Shown: positions 9,905-18,664 of the stretch, in pieces
Layout of the letters: every line of letters starts with the position of its first letter
Position numbering within the stretch: the first letter of the stretch is position 1
Assembly (NCBI GenBank): GCA_045605345.1
Contig: JAZUPT010000009.1
Location: forward strand, 5,553-69,552
DNA length: 64,000 nt
Direction of reading: 5' to 3'
From: Candidatus Spyradenecus sp.
Lineage (GTDB): Bacteria > Verrucomicrobiota > Kiritimatiellia > RFP12 > DVOR01
Translations under genes and position numbers: made by a program
Notes under the pieces: model-generated
Database searches by the model: none
Seen by the model: only the letters and a program-made list of their open reading frames with translations
Told to the model about the DNA's origin: nothing

Positions 9905-9942
9905 AATCACGCTTCGCATCTCGCGAGGCGTGATTATTTTTT
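9905..9942 (+). terminator. intrinsic terminator after lsrF
   Basis: AATCACGCTTCGC/GCGAGGCGTGATT stem followed by T tract. Confidence 0.8.
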
Positions 9943-10207
9943 ACACTAAGCAATTGTCACCAAGTAGCCCCACCTCGGCATCCAAATGTATGACGGGCAG
10001 AACCACGGCGAAATGCCACAATCCGCTTCACCCACAAGTTCAATAAAGGGAGACCATCGTGTTAAACCAAATTATGAACTAAACAGATTAACGCTTCTCC
10101 ATTTGCCTCTCTCATTTTCAAAATTACACGGAGTTAAATACTCCCTTTTTAAAAGACTTCATTTGCCACTTTTACAATCCCACTGCACCTTTGCTATAAT
10201 TAATGTA

Positions 10208-11617
10208 ATGTTTTCGAAACTCAAACTTTTAACTCAAATCGGCCTCTATGCGCTCATCATAAGCATTGGGTGTTGGTCCTTTTATCACACGCTTTCCAAT
10301 CCCACCCCTTTCCCGAATGAGGCCCCCCACTTGTTGACTGCGGCAGTGGAAGCTGAGGCATGTAACCTCTCCATGTTGCCCGAGGCGAGCCTCGCAACAC
10401 GTCAACCCTTTCACGAGTGTGCCGCCGCCTTTGTCCGCTTTATTAGCGAAAGTCGTCCCAATGGCTACCGCACACGCACCTACCGTCTATTTCCGATGCT
10501 CCTCTCGATTTTCTTTCTGCTCGCCTTGCCGGCATTGGGGATGAAACGTCGCGGGGGCTGTTTTGAAACAGATGATGCGCTTTTTTGGACGGCCTTATTC
10601 GTCATCTTCTCGCCTGCCTTTTCAAGCTATGGCTCGCTTTTTCTTCCCCTCTCCTTCCAAGCGCTCCTCTTTTTAGGACTCCTTATCTCTTTTCGAGCGT
10701 ATGTGCAATGGCCAGGCTATCTCTCGGCAATCGTCATTGCCCTCTGCATCTCCCTTAGCATTAGCATCAATGCGGACATGGCGTGGGTCACCCTCCTCTT
10801 CGTACCTGCGATTGCAATCGGCGTGGGATGGCGACGCATTTGCCTCTATTGGCACACGGGCCACTTCCTCACCTTCTGCGGCGTCTTGACCGCAAGCCTC
10901 GGAAGCGGTATTTACTTTGATCTCATTCAAGCCCCTACGCTGCCTAACTTCACCTTCCCTGCGGGGTGCGTCACACTGCATGCCTATTGGTTTGCCTTAG
11001 GTGGCTTTTCCTTGATTGCTTGGGTTAGCATGATTTTCTGGTGCGCCTACCATCCAGATAAACGTTGGGCGAAACTCTTCACCCTCATCTTTCCTTTACT
11101 TTTCATCTCCTCCTTTGGATTTGCTCGTGGCGGTGGGTTTGCGGTGCCCTTGGTTTGCATCTCCCCGATTCTTTTGGCGATGGCGCTCTCTGCGATTCCC
11201 AATCTACGCATCCGCATCATCATGGGCGGCATCACCCTTTTGGTTTTAGCGCTCTACGTTCCAGAGCTCAACCACCATCCCCTCACACGCGAGGCCCAAC
11301 GGCACTTTGCGCGCACCTTAATCCATCACACCCAAGCGCAAAAAGGCACCCCCACCACCACGGCTATCCGCTTCAACGATCCCGAGTGGTGCGCCTTCTC
11401 AGTTTGGCCCATCCGCCATACACGGTTAGTCTCTGGCGAAGCGACACCTCACGCCACCCTTTCACGCGTTGATCGTCTGCTCACCGACCAACCCCTCCCG
11501 CAAGACGCACGCGCCGAACTCCTCTTCTCCCGCCCCGTCACTCGGATAGAAACCCTTTCCCTTTACACCACGCACCCCGTCACAACACCCGCTCCCACAC
11601 CGCAAAAGACATTATGA
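10208..11617 (+). CDS. multi-pass membrane protein, possibly a divergent GT-C (ArnT/PMT-like) glycosyltransferase
   Basis: About 10 hydrophobic segments; PFPNEA after TM1, RLFPMLL and ALFVIFSPAF resemble GT-C motifs; TGcTATAAT promoter at 10192-10200. Confidence 0.45.
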   Translation: MFSKLKLLTQIGLYALIISIGCWSFYHTLSNPTPFPNEAPHLLTAAVEAEACNLSMLPEASLATRQPFHECAAAFVRFISESRPNGYRTRTYRLFPMLLSIFFLLALPALGMKRRGGCFETDDALFWTALFVIFSPAFSSYGSLFLPLSFQALLFLGLLISFRAYVQWPGYLSAIVIALCISLSISINADMAWVTLLFVPAIAIGVGWRRICLYWHTGHFLTFCGVLTASLGSGIYFDLIQAPTLPNFTFPAGCVTLHAYWFALGGFSLIAWVSMIFWCAYHPDKRWAKLFTLIFPLLFISSFGFARGGGFAVPLVCISPILLAMALSAIPNLRIRIIMGGITLLVLALYVPELNHHPLTREAQRHFARTLIHHTQAQKGTPTTTAIRFNDPEWCAFSVWPIRHTRLVSGEATPHATLSRVDRLLTDQPLPQDARAELLFSRPVTRIETLSLYTTHPVTTPAPTPQKTL

Positions 11618-13227
11618 CCAAGTATTTCTGCCATCTTCCCTTTCTGCTTCTCGCGCTCCTCGCGGTGCCGTGGCTAACGCCCGCCGTGACGAGTATGCAT
11701 AGCACGATGACCGACGCATCGCAGCACATGGAGTACATTTGGTTGATTCCGTGCTTGAGTGCGCTCCTGCTTTGGCAACGTAGAAAGCAGATTCTTGACG
11801 CGATTCGCGCCCCGAAGCCGGCCCCATTCTTAGCCTTACCGCTCGTTTTAGCCTCTGGCTTCTTCCTCTTCTTCGGTCTCCGTGGCGGTCAAGATCGCTT
11901 TCTACAGACTGCGGCAGTGCTTCTCCTCTTAGCCCTACCGCTCGCAACTTATGGTAAGCGTCTCTTCCGCGTGGTGTGGTTTCCAATTCTGCTCTTAGCC
12001 TTTGTGATGCCCGTTGGCTTCTTAGACAACTTTACCGTGCCCTTACGTCGCGCCTCGGTCTCCGTGACCGCTTTCCTCCTCAACGGACTCGGCATCAACG
12101 TGCGCCAACTCGGCACCGCCATCATCTCCACCGGAACGCCCCCCTTCCAATTAGACGTGGCAGACCCCTGCAGCGGCATTCGTTCCCTTGTGGCACTCTT
12201 TGTTGGCACGGCTGCCTACGGCGCCTTTATGCTCACGAGCGTCAAACGGCGTTGGGTACTCTTCCTCTCCAGCGTGCCGATTGCCTTTTTGGGCAACATC
12301 CTTCGCCTCCTCTTGACCGCATTCACCTGCCACTTCATTAGCCAACAGGCTGGGATGACCCTCCACGACCATGCGCTTTTCATCGTGGCACCCTTCTATG
12401 CCTTTGTCGTCTTCCAATTCACAGACTTCCTCAAGAAGAAGCAAACCGTTGCGCCCGCGCCCGAAGTCCCCACTGGAAGCGCCACGCCCCATGCACCCTC
12501 ACGCCTCACGTGGGGCACCCTTGGACTCATTGCGCTCTTCCTCATTGCCTTCCGTGGCTATGCCAACAAAATGCCGCCCTTAGTCTTTGAATCCGACGAC
12601 TTCCTCTGCTCAAACTTCGTCGAACTGCCGAATGCAACAATGGCCTTCCCTTGGTTCTGCCAAGATCGCACCTGCCTCGCCTCCCAAAACCTCACCCTTG
12701 GAGCCCCCTTCCCGGAACGTTGCCCACAATGCGGTGGTGAAGTTGGCAAGGTCTCTCGCGCCGAACAGGATATTCTGCCCGCCGATACGCAGAGCCGAAA
12801 GGTCACCTACACCTTCACCAATGGCGATATCTTCACCGTCTCACTCGTTATTGCGGGCAAGAATCGTATGTCCATCCACCGCCCTGAGCTTTGCCTTCCT
12901 TCTCAAGGTTACGTCCTTAGCGAACGCAAGATCGTCCAACTCTCGGATGCCTTACCGATGGCCACCTTCTCATTACGTCGCGAAGGCCACACCCATACGA
13001 GTGGATTTGGGTATGTCTTCTTGAATTCCCGCCTTGCGACCACCTCCAACCTGCACCGCGTCTTGGGGGACAGTTGGCAACGTTCGGTGCACAATCGCAT
13101 TCAACGTTGGGCGATGATTACAGTTCGTTCTCCCCATTACGATTTCCAAACGCCCGAAGGCGAAGCCGCCCTTCGCGCATTTATGCTCCGCTTTTATCCC
13201 ACCCTTTTCACCGCAACGGCCCAATAA
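11614..13227 (+). CDS. exosortase fused to an EpsI-like C-terminal domain
   Basis: VADPCSGIRSL (Cys), GNILRL (Arg), LHD (His) triad; C-terminal SIHRPELCLPSQG EpsI-like motif. Confidence 0.88.
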   Translation: MTKYFCHLPFLLLALLAVPWLTPAVTSMHSTMTDASQHMEYIWLIPCLSALLLWQRRKQILDAIRAPKPAPFLALPLVLASGFFLFFGLRGGQDRFLQTAAVLLLLALPLATYGKRLFRVVWFPILLLAFVMPVGFLDNFTVPLRRASVSVTAFLLNGLGINVRQLGTAIISTGTPPFQLDVADPCSGIRSLVALFVGTAAYGAFMLTSVKRRWVLFLSSVPIAFLGNILRLLLTAFTCHFISQQAGMTLHDHALFIVAPFYAFVVFQFTDFLKKKQTVAPAPEVPTGSATPHAPSRLTWGTLGLIALFLIAFRGYANKMPPLVFESDDFLCSNFVELPNATMAFPWFCQDRTCLASQNLTLGAPFPERCPQCGGEVGKVSRAEQDILPADTQSRKVTYTFTNGDIFTVSLVIAGKNRMSIHRPELCLPSQGYVLSERKIVQLSDALPMATFSLRREGHTHTSGFGYVFLNSRLATTSNLHRVLGDSWQRSVHNRIQRWAMITVRSPHYDFQTPEGEAALRAFMLRFYPTLFTATAQ

Positions 13228-13239
13228 AAATCCCTCACG

Positions 13240-13557
13240 ATGTTCATCGAAGTCGCGAATACCCCCCTCAAACGGATGAAAGGTCTCCTTGGACGCTCCA
13301 CCTTGGACGACGGCCATGGGCTTCTCATTACCCCATGCAATGCGGTGCATACACACTTTATGAAGTTCGCGATTGACCTTCGCTTTTTTAGTAAATCTGG
13401 CGAGTTAGTGCGCATCTATCGCAATGTTACGCCAGGAAAGTGGTGGCTCTGGGGTGGCTTCAAAGCCTACTGCGTGCTTGAAACACGCGCAGGAGACACC
13501 ACCTTTGATTCGCCCACTGCACTTAGCCAACTAAAGAAAGAAGTTTTCCATGTCTGA
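13240..13557 (+). CDS. DUF192 family protein
   Basis: EVANT..RMKGLLGR, VHTHFMKFAIDL, VLETRAG. Confidence 0.85.
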   Translation: MFIEVANTPLKRMKGLLGRSTLDDGHGLLITPCNAVHTHFMKFAIDLRFFSKSGELVRIYRNVTPGKWWLWGGFKAYCVLETRAGDTTFDSPTALSQLKKEVFHV

Positions 13558-14245
13558 TACGCCCCCTCTTCGCCTCCATTCCTACGAAAGCTTTGGTGCA
13601 GTTGATGGACCTGGCATCCGCTTAGTGGTCTTCTTGCAGGGGTGCCCCTTGCGTTGCCTCTTCTGTCACAATCCGGACACCTGGGCGACCGATGGCGGCA
13701 AAGCGGTCACGGCCGCAGAAATCGTTCAACGTGCCACACGCATGAAGCCCTACTTTGGCAAAGACGGTGGCGGTGTAACCTTCTCTGGCGGCGAACCCCT
13801 CATGCAGGCCGCCGCACTTCTGCCTGCCGTGAAAGCGCTCCGTGAAGCGGGCTTCCATGTGGCAATTGACACCTCTGGCGCCGTGGACACCCCCGCTGCA
13901 CGTGCCGTGTTAGATGAAGCAGACCTGATTCTGCTTGACGTGAAAAATCCGCTCCCTGAACGCTTCAAGGAGGTCACGGGGCTGGAGATTTCTTCCACGT
14001 TAAACATTTTTAATCACCTTAAAACCACCCAAAAGCCCATTTGGATTCGCCAAGTGGTCGCCCATGGTCTCAATGATACCGAGGCAGAAAAGGAAGCCAC
14101 GCGCCGTATGATTGAGGGGCTCAATGTCCAACGTATCGACCGTTTGCCCTATCATGAGCTCGGGCTTCACAAGTATGAAGCGTTGAACATACCCTATCGT
14201 GGCGCGGACCTTACGCCGCCCTCTCCAGAAGAACTGAAGTTATGA
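13550..14245 (+). CDS. pflA: pyruvate formate-lyase activating enzyme-like radical SAM protein
   Basis: ESFGAVDGPGIR, GCPLRCLFCHNPDTW, GGVTFSGGEP, LPYH. Confidence 0.88.
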   Translation: MSDTPPLRLHSYESFGAVDGPGIRLVVFLQGCPLRCLFCHNPDTWATDGGKAVTAAEIVQRATRMKPYFGKDGGGVTFSGGEPLMQAAALLPAVKALREAGFHVAIDTSGAVDTPAARAVLDEADLILLDVKNPLPERFKEVTGLEISSTLNIFNHLKTTQKPIWIRQVVAHGLNDTEAEKEATRRMIEGLNVQRIDRLPYHELGLHKYEALNIPYRGADLTPPSPEELKL

Positions 14246-15804
14246 ATACGGTTGACCCCAACGCATTAAAGAACGAACGCGAGTGCCTTCAAGACACGCT
14301 TGAGGACGTTCACGCGTCGCTGAGTGCGCATCGCAAGCGCACAAAACGGTTTGACCCGCGTCGGATGATGGCCTTCACCTTCATCCTTCTCATCGCACTT
14401 GGCACCATCTTGCTCTCCACCCCTTGGGCACAATCCACTGGAACATGGGCGTGGTACCGAGAGACCTCGGTCTTCTCGTGGTCGACCTTCTTCCATGCCT
14501 TGTTGGACAACCTCTTCATGGCGGCCTCTTCCTCCTGCGTCACAGGATTAACCGTTGTCCAGGTCTCCACCTACTACTCCACCTTCGGCCACGCCGTCCT
14601 GCTCTGTTGTATTCAATTGGGCGGTATCAGCTTGTTGACCTTAGGTACGTTGATTGTGACCATCCTCTTAGGACGCGTTCCTGCGGGTGGGGAAGACCAG
14701 GTCATGATGAGCTATGGCGCAGGGTCTGTCTCACGCGCGAATAGTCTCTTAAGCCAAACGATTTGTTACGCCTTCTCATTCGAAATCGTTGGCGCCGTAC
14801 TGCTCTTCATTCGCCACTTCTGGACCCATGGCTACCCTTTAGGCAAGAGTATTTGGTACGCCTGCTTCCATGCCGTCAGCGCCTTTTGTAATGCAGGCGT
14901 GTCATTGTATGATAACAACTTGATTGACGTGCGCGGCGACTTAATCTATATCTCTGTCATTACACTTTTGGTTATTTTGGGTGGCATTGGCTTCTTAGTC
15001 ATTGCCAATGTCTTCCACTATCGCCCATGGAATCTGGACCTCCGCAGCCGCGGCAAAATTTCATTGCACTCGCGCATTGTTTTGTGGACCACGTTTTACA
15101 TGTGCGTCGGAGGTGGCCTCCTCTTCACGGCGTTGGAGTGGGCCAACTCATTGGACATTCACGAGATCCCTGACTTCTGGCAGGCATTGACTGACGGCAA
15201 TTGGGCCTCCTGTTTTACCTCATTGAAGTTGATGACCCAACGCATCTGCGCGGGAATCTCTCAAGCCTCAATGTTCCGCACCGCCGGCTTCAATTTTGTT
15301 GAAATGGATGCCATCTCCCCGCCCGCGAACCTACTCTCGGTCTTTTTGATGTTGGTGGGCGGCTCGCCTGGTTCCATGGCGGGTGGTATTAAGACCACCA
15401 CCTTGATCGTCTTGATTCTCACCATCCGCGCCTACCTCAAAGGTTCGCCTGTGGTCCAACTGCACAAGCGTACAATTTCCGACACAATCTGCCGTGAGGC
15501 GATGGTGATTATCTTCTACTATCTCTTGATGGTCTTCACCTTCTACTTCCTGCTTCTCTTGACCGAACGCAATCTCATCACCCAACGTGGCGACTTCGTG
15601 CTCTTCTATGAAGTCTCGTCCGCATTTGGTACCGTTGGCACCTCGCTCAATGCCACACCATTGCTCTCGCCCGTCGGAAAACTAATGATTGCATTAGCGA
15701 TGTTCTTAGGACGTATTGGACCGATTTCAATCGCCTTTATGATGGCACGTCGTGAAATAACCCATCGGATTCGTTACCCTGAAGAAATTATTACGGTCGG
15801 TTAA
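14242..15804 (+). CDS. Trk/Ktr family potassium uptake membrane subunit
   Basis: Four pore loops: CVTGL, SAFCNAG, RTAGF, SAFGTVG; GGSPGSMAGGIKTTT. Confidence 0.92.
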   Translation: MNTVDPNALKNERECLQDTLEDVHASLSAHRKRTKRFDPRRMMAFTFILLIALGTILLSTPWAQSTGTWAWYRETSVFSWSTFFHALLDNLFMAASSSCVTGLTVVQVSTYYSTFGHAVLLCCIQLGGISLLTLGTLIVTILLGRVPAGGEDQVMMSYGAGSVSRANSLLSQTICYAFSFEIVGAVLLFIRHFWTHGYPLGKSIWYACFHAVSAFCNAGVSLYDNNLIDVRGDLIYISVITLLVILGGIGFLVIANVFHYRPWNLDLRSRGKISLHSRIVLWTTFYMCVGGGLLFTALEWANSLDIHEIPDFWQALTDGNWASCFTSLKLMTQRICAGISQASMFRTAGFNFVEMDAISPPANLLSVFLMLVGGSPGSMAGGIKTTTLIVLILTIRAYLKGSPVVQLHKRTISDTICREAMVIIFYYLLMVFTFYFLLLLTERNLITQRGDFVLFYEVSSAFGTVGTSLNATPLLSPVGKLMIALAMFLGRIGPISIAFMMARREITHRIRYPEEIITVG

Positions 15805-15809
15805 TCCCT

Positions 15810-16721
15810 ATGAATGCGCTTACAGCTTGTACGCTTTGTCCTCGTCAATGTCACGTCAACCGCGTGGAAGGCCAACGTGGCTACTGCGGTAGCGCCCTTG
15901 ATACGCGAATGTTCCGTTGGGGGCCACACTTCGGTGAAGAACCGCCCCTCGCGGGCACCAAGGGCAGTGGTACCCTCTTCTTCTCCCATTGCACCCTCAA
16001 GTGCATCTACTGCCAAAATGCCAAGTGGAGCAACGGCGGTCGCGGGGAAGACCTCACTATTGAGCAACTCCGCGAGCGCTTTACTACACTCGTTGAAAAG
16101 GGATGCCACAATTGGAATTTGGTCTCCCCCACCCCATGGTTGCCACAAATCGATGCCGCGGTGCGTCCGCTCTTAGATTCTGGCATCCGTCTTCCCTTTG
16201 TTTACAACACCTCTGGGTATGAACGCCCAGAGACCTTATCCCAGTACGAACACCTCATTGATATCGGATTGGCAGATCTCCGCTATGCCTCCGCAGCGAG
16301 TGCCTATGAAGGGTCTCATGCACGCGACTACGTTGAAGCTGCGCGTGCCACCCTTCTGTGGATGTGGAATCACCTCGGCTCCCTTGAATGTGACGATGAG
16401 GGCATCGCCAAACGTGGCCTCATTGTTCGCCTCTTAGCATTACCGGGACGCACCGATGAGGTGGCAGAAAATCTGATTTGGTTGCGCAATACCCTCGGGA
16501 AAAAGGTCGCTGTCAGCGTCATGGCGCAATACAACCCAGTCGGCTTAGCCGCCGTAACGCCAGGTTGGAATCGTCGTATTACCCCAGAAGAATTTGAACC
16601 CATCGCTGATTTGGTGGCAGATTTAGATTTTGAGACCGGCTGGATTCAGCCGTGTGAAGACGCAACTGCAGAGTGCATGCTCGGCGATGACATGGAAGCG
16701 GGCTACGGCGAAGTCCGTTAA
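15810..16721 (+). CDS. PflX-like radical SAM protein
   Basis: CTLCPRQCHVNR N-terminus, HFGEEPPL.G..GSGTLFF, CTLKCIYCQN, NLVSPTP, YNTSGYE. Confidence 0.88.
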   Translation: MNALTACTLCPRQCHVNRVEGQRGYCGSALDTRMFRWGPHFGEEPPLAGTKGSGTLFFSHCTLKCIYCQNAKWSNGGRGEDLTIEQLRERFTTLVEKGCHNWNLVSPTPWLPQIDAAVRPLLDSGIRLPFVYNTSGYERPETLSQYEHLIDIGLADLRYASAASAYEGSHARDYVEAARATLLWMWNHLGSLECDDEGIAKRGLIVRLLALPGRTDEVAENLIWLRNTLGKKVAVSVMAQYNPVGLAAVTPGWNRRITPEEFEPIADLVADLDFETGWIQPCEDATAECMLGDDMEAGYGEVR

Positions 16722-16747
16722 GCCCCCACCCTTTTTTGGAGAAAACA

Positions 16748-16999
16748 ATGCCCGTTTATGATTATCGTGCGAAAGACAGTGCCCATGCTTGTGATTATTG
16801 CAAGGATGGCTTTGAGATGATGCGCCTCCTCAGTGCGCCCCCTTTGGAAGTTTGCCCTGAGTGTGGTGCACCTGTCATCAAACTCATCTCCGCGCCCGCC
16901 CTTGGCAGAAGCAAGTCCAAACTGGACGATCGAGCAAAAGCCGCTGGCTTCCACAAACTGAAGCGCGTGGACAAAGGTGCATTTGAAAAGCTTTACTAA
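16748..16999 (+). CDS. FmdB family zinc-ribbon protein
   Basis: MPVYDY...CDYC...CPECGA...ISAP. Confidence 0.8.
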   Translation: MPVYDYRAKDSAHACDYCKDGFEMMRLLSAPPLEVCPECGAPVIKLISAPALGRSKSKLDDRAKAAGFHKLKRVDKGAFEKLY

Positions 17000-17012
17000 G
17001 GAGTTTACGACC

Positions 17013-17891
17013 ATGACCATTGACCAACTCAATTCCCACTTTGGCGCCGCTGGCCGCATTGCCTTCCGTGAAGGCCCTGGTGGACACCCCATTGCAGCCC
17101 TCGTCGCACCGCAAGGTGTTTGCGAGGTTTCGCTCTACGGTGGCCAAGTCTTAACCTATCGTACCCTTGGCTTCCAGGACGCCCTTTGGTTGAGCCCGCT
17201 GGCGGAATTCGCCGATGGAAAGGCGATTCGAGGGGGCATTCCGGTCTGTTGGCCATGGTTTGGTAAAGCGCCCGCGGGCATGCCAGAGGGAACGCCCTCC
17301 CATGGCTTTGCACGGCGTTCGCGCTGGCGCGTGGTCCACTCTGAATATGCCGCCCGTGAAACAGTGCTCAAACTTGAATTAACCAATGACGATGCGACCG
17401 ACCCCGCATGGCCTTATGCCTATCAACTCTCCCTGACGATTACTTTAGGGGATTGCCTGACCTTGGAATTGCAAACACGCAATCTCTCCAACGAACCCTT
17501 TACCTATGGCGAGGCATTGCACACCTATCTGCGTGTCGGCGATGCTCGCAATATCCGTTTGCTCGGCATTACCGAAGAGGCATTATCCTTCAACGACACC
17601 GACACCCACGATGTCGTCTATCCGAAGACCGATCTTGTTGCCTTGATTAGCGACCCCGATATGGAGCGGATCTTGGCCTTGACCGCAGACGATTCCAGTG
17701 CCGTTGTAGTCTGGCATCCCGCATTAAACTGCGGTCTTTCTGATGTCTCTTTGGGCGGACCGCGCCACTTCCTCTGTGTTGAACCCGCTAACCCTCACCA
17801 CACGGGTGGCGAAATTACCCTCGCCCCTGGCTCTGCGCACGTCTTAACCATGCGCATTCAGCCCACCTCTCCTAAAGAAAAGAATGCCTAA
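17013..17891 (+). CDS. D-hexose-6-phosphate mutarotase (aldose 1-epimerase family)
   Basis: KAIRGGIPVCWPWFG, HGFAR, ALHTYL, FLCVE. Confidence 0.9.
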   Translation: MTIDQLNSHFGAAGRIAFREGPGGHPIAALVAPQGVCEVSLYGGQVLTYRTLGFQDALWLSPLAEFADGKAIRGGIPVCWPWFGKAPAGMPEGTPSHGFARRSRWRVVHSEYAARETVLKLELTNDDATDPAWPYAYQLSLTITLGDCLTLELQTRNLSNEPFTYGEALHTYLRVGDARNIRLLGITEEALSFNDTDTHDVVYPKTDLVALISDPDMERILALTADDSSAVVVWHPALNCGLSDVSLGGPRHFLCVEPANPHHTGGEITLAPGSAHVLTMRIQPTSPKEKNA

Positions 17892-17912
17892 TCAGCCGAA
17901 AGGATTCCTCAG

Positions 17913-18587
17913 ATGACCGCGAAAGCTCTCCTCAAAACTTTGGACTACGCCATCCTGAAGCCCGAAGCTTCGATGTTGGACCTCCATCATGCTGCCGAAT
18001 ACTGCAAGGATCTCGGCGTTGGATGCCTCTGCGTAAAGAGTTGCGATGTTAAGTTTACGGCAGAGTGCCTCGCCGATAGCGAAACCATCGTTGCGGCAGT
18101 GGTCGGCTTCCCACACGGCAATACGCTCCCCGCGCTGAAGGCGCTTGAAGCCCAAATGGCGGTGGCGCATGGCGCGAAGGAGATTGATATGGTGATCAAT
18201 ATCTCCGCCTTAAAGGATGGCGATACCGAGGGGGTTACCGACGAAATCCGCGTTGTGGTCACCGCTGTTTGGCCCAATCCGGTCAAGGTCATCCTCGAAA
18301 CCGCCCTCTTAACCCCTGCAGAAATTCGCAAGGGAGTCGCTTGTGCAATTAAAGCGGGCGCCGCCTTTGTTAAGACCTCCACGGGATTTGCGGCACATGG
18401 CGCCACGCCTGAAGCCGTCCAAACCATGATTACCGCCGCCAAGGGCAAAATTAAGGTCAAAGCCTCTGGTGGCATCCGCACTCGTGCAGATGCTGAGGCC
18501 TACCTCAAGATGGGTTGCGAACGTCTCGGTGTTGGCAATGTGGATTGCTTACTGACCGAAGCTGAAAAGAAAAAGTTGCTCGCGTAA
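17913..18587 (+). CDS. deoC: deoxyribose-phosphate aldolase
   Basis: VVGFPHG, EIDMVIN, KVILET, FVKTSTGF, KASGGIR. Confidence 0.96.
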   Translation: MTAKALLKTLDYAILKPEASMLDLHHAAEYCKDLGVGCLCVKSCDVKFTAECLADSETIVAAVVGFPHGNTLPALKALEAQMAVAHGAKEIDMVINISALKDGDTEGVTDEIRVVVTAVWPNPVKVILETALLTPAEIRKGVACAIKAGAAFVKTSTGFAAHGATPEAVQTMITAAKGKIKVKASGGIRTRADAEAYLKMGCERLGVGNVDCLLTEAEKKKLLA

Positions 18588-18612
18588 GTATCCCTACGCG
18601 AACACCATAAAC

Positions 18613-18645
18613 AAAAAAACGTCTCCGAATTCGGAGACGTTTTTT
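18613..18645. terminator. bidirectional terminator between deoC and the dksA-like gene
   Basis: A7-CGTCTCCGA-AT-TCGGAGACG-T6. Confidence 0.88.
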
Positions 18646-18664
18646 ATTCATGGCAACCCAATGA

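Noticed and set aside
6136-9906. Long antisense ORFs (250, 349 and 304 aa) opposite the sugar operon
   Set aside because: They are shadows of strongly biased codon usage; the + strand proteins carry clear family motifs and the antisense ones carry none.
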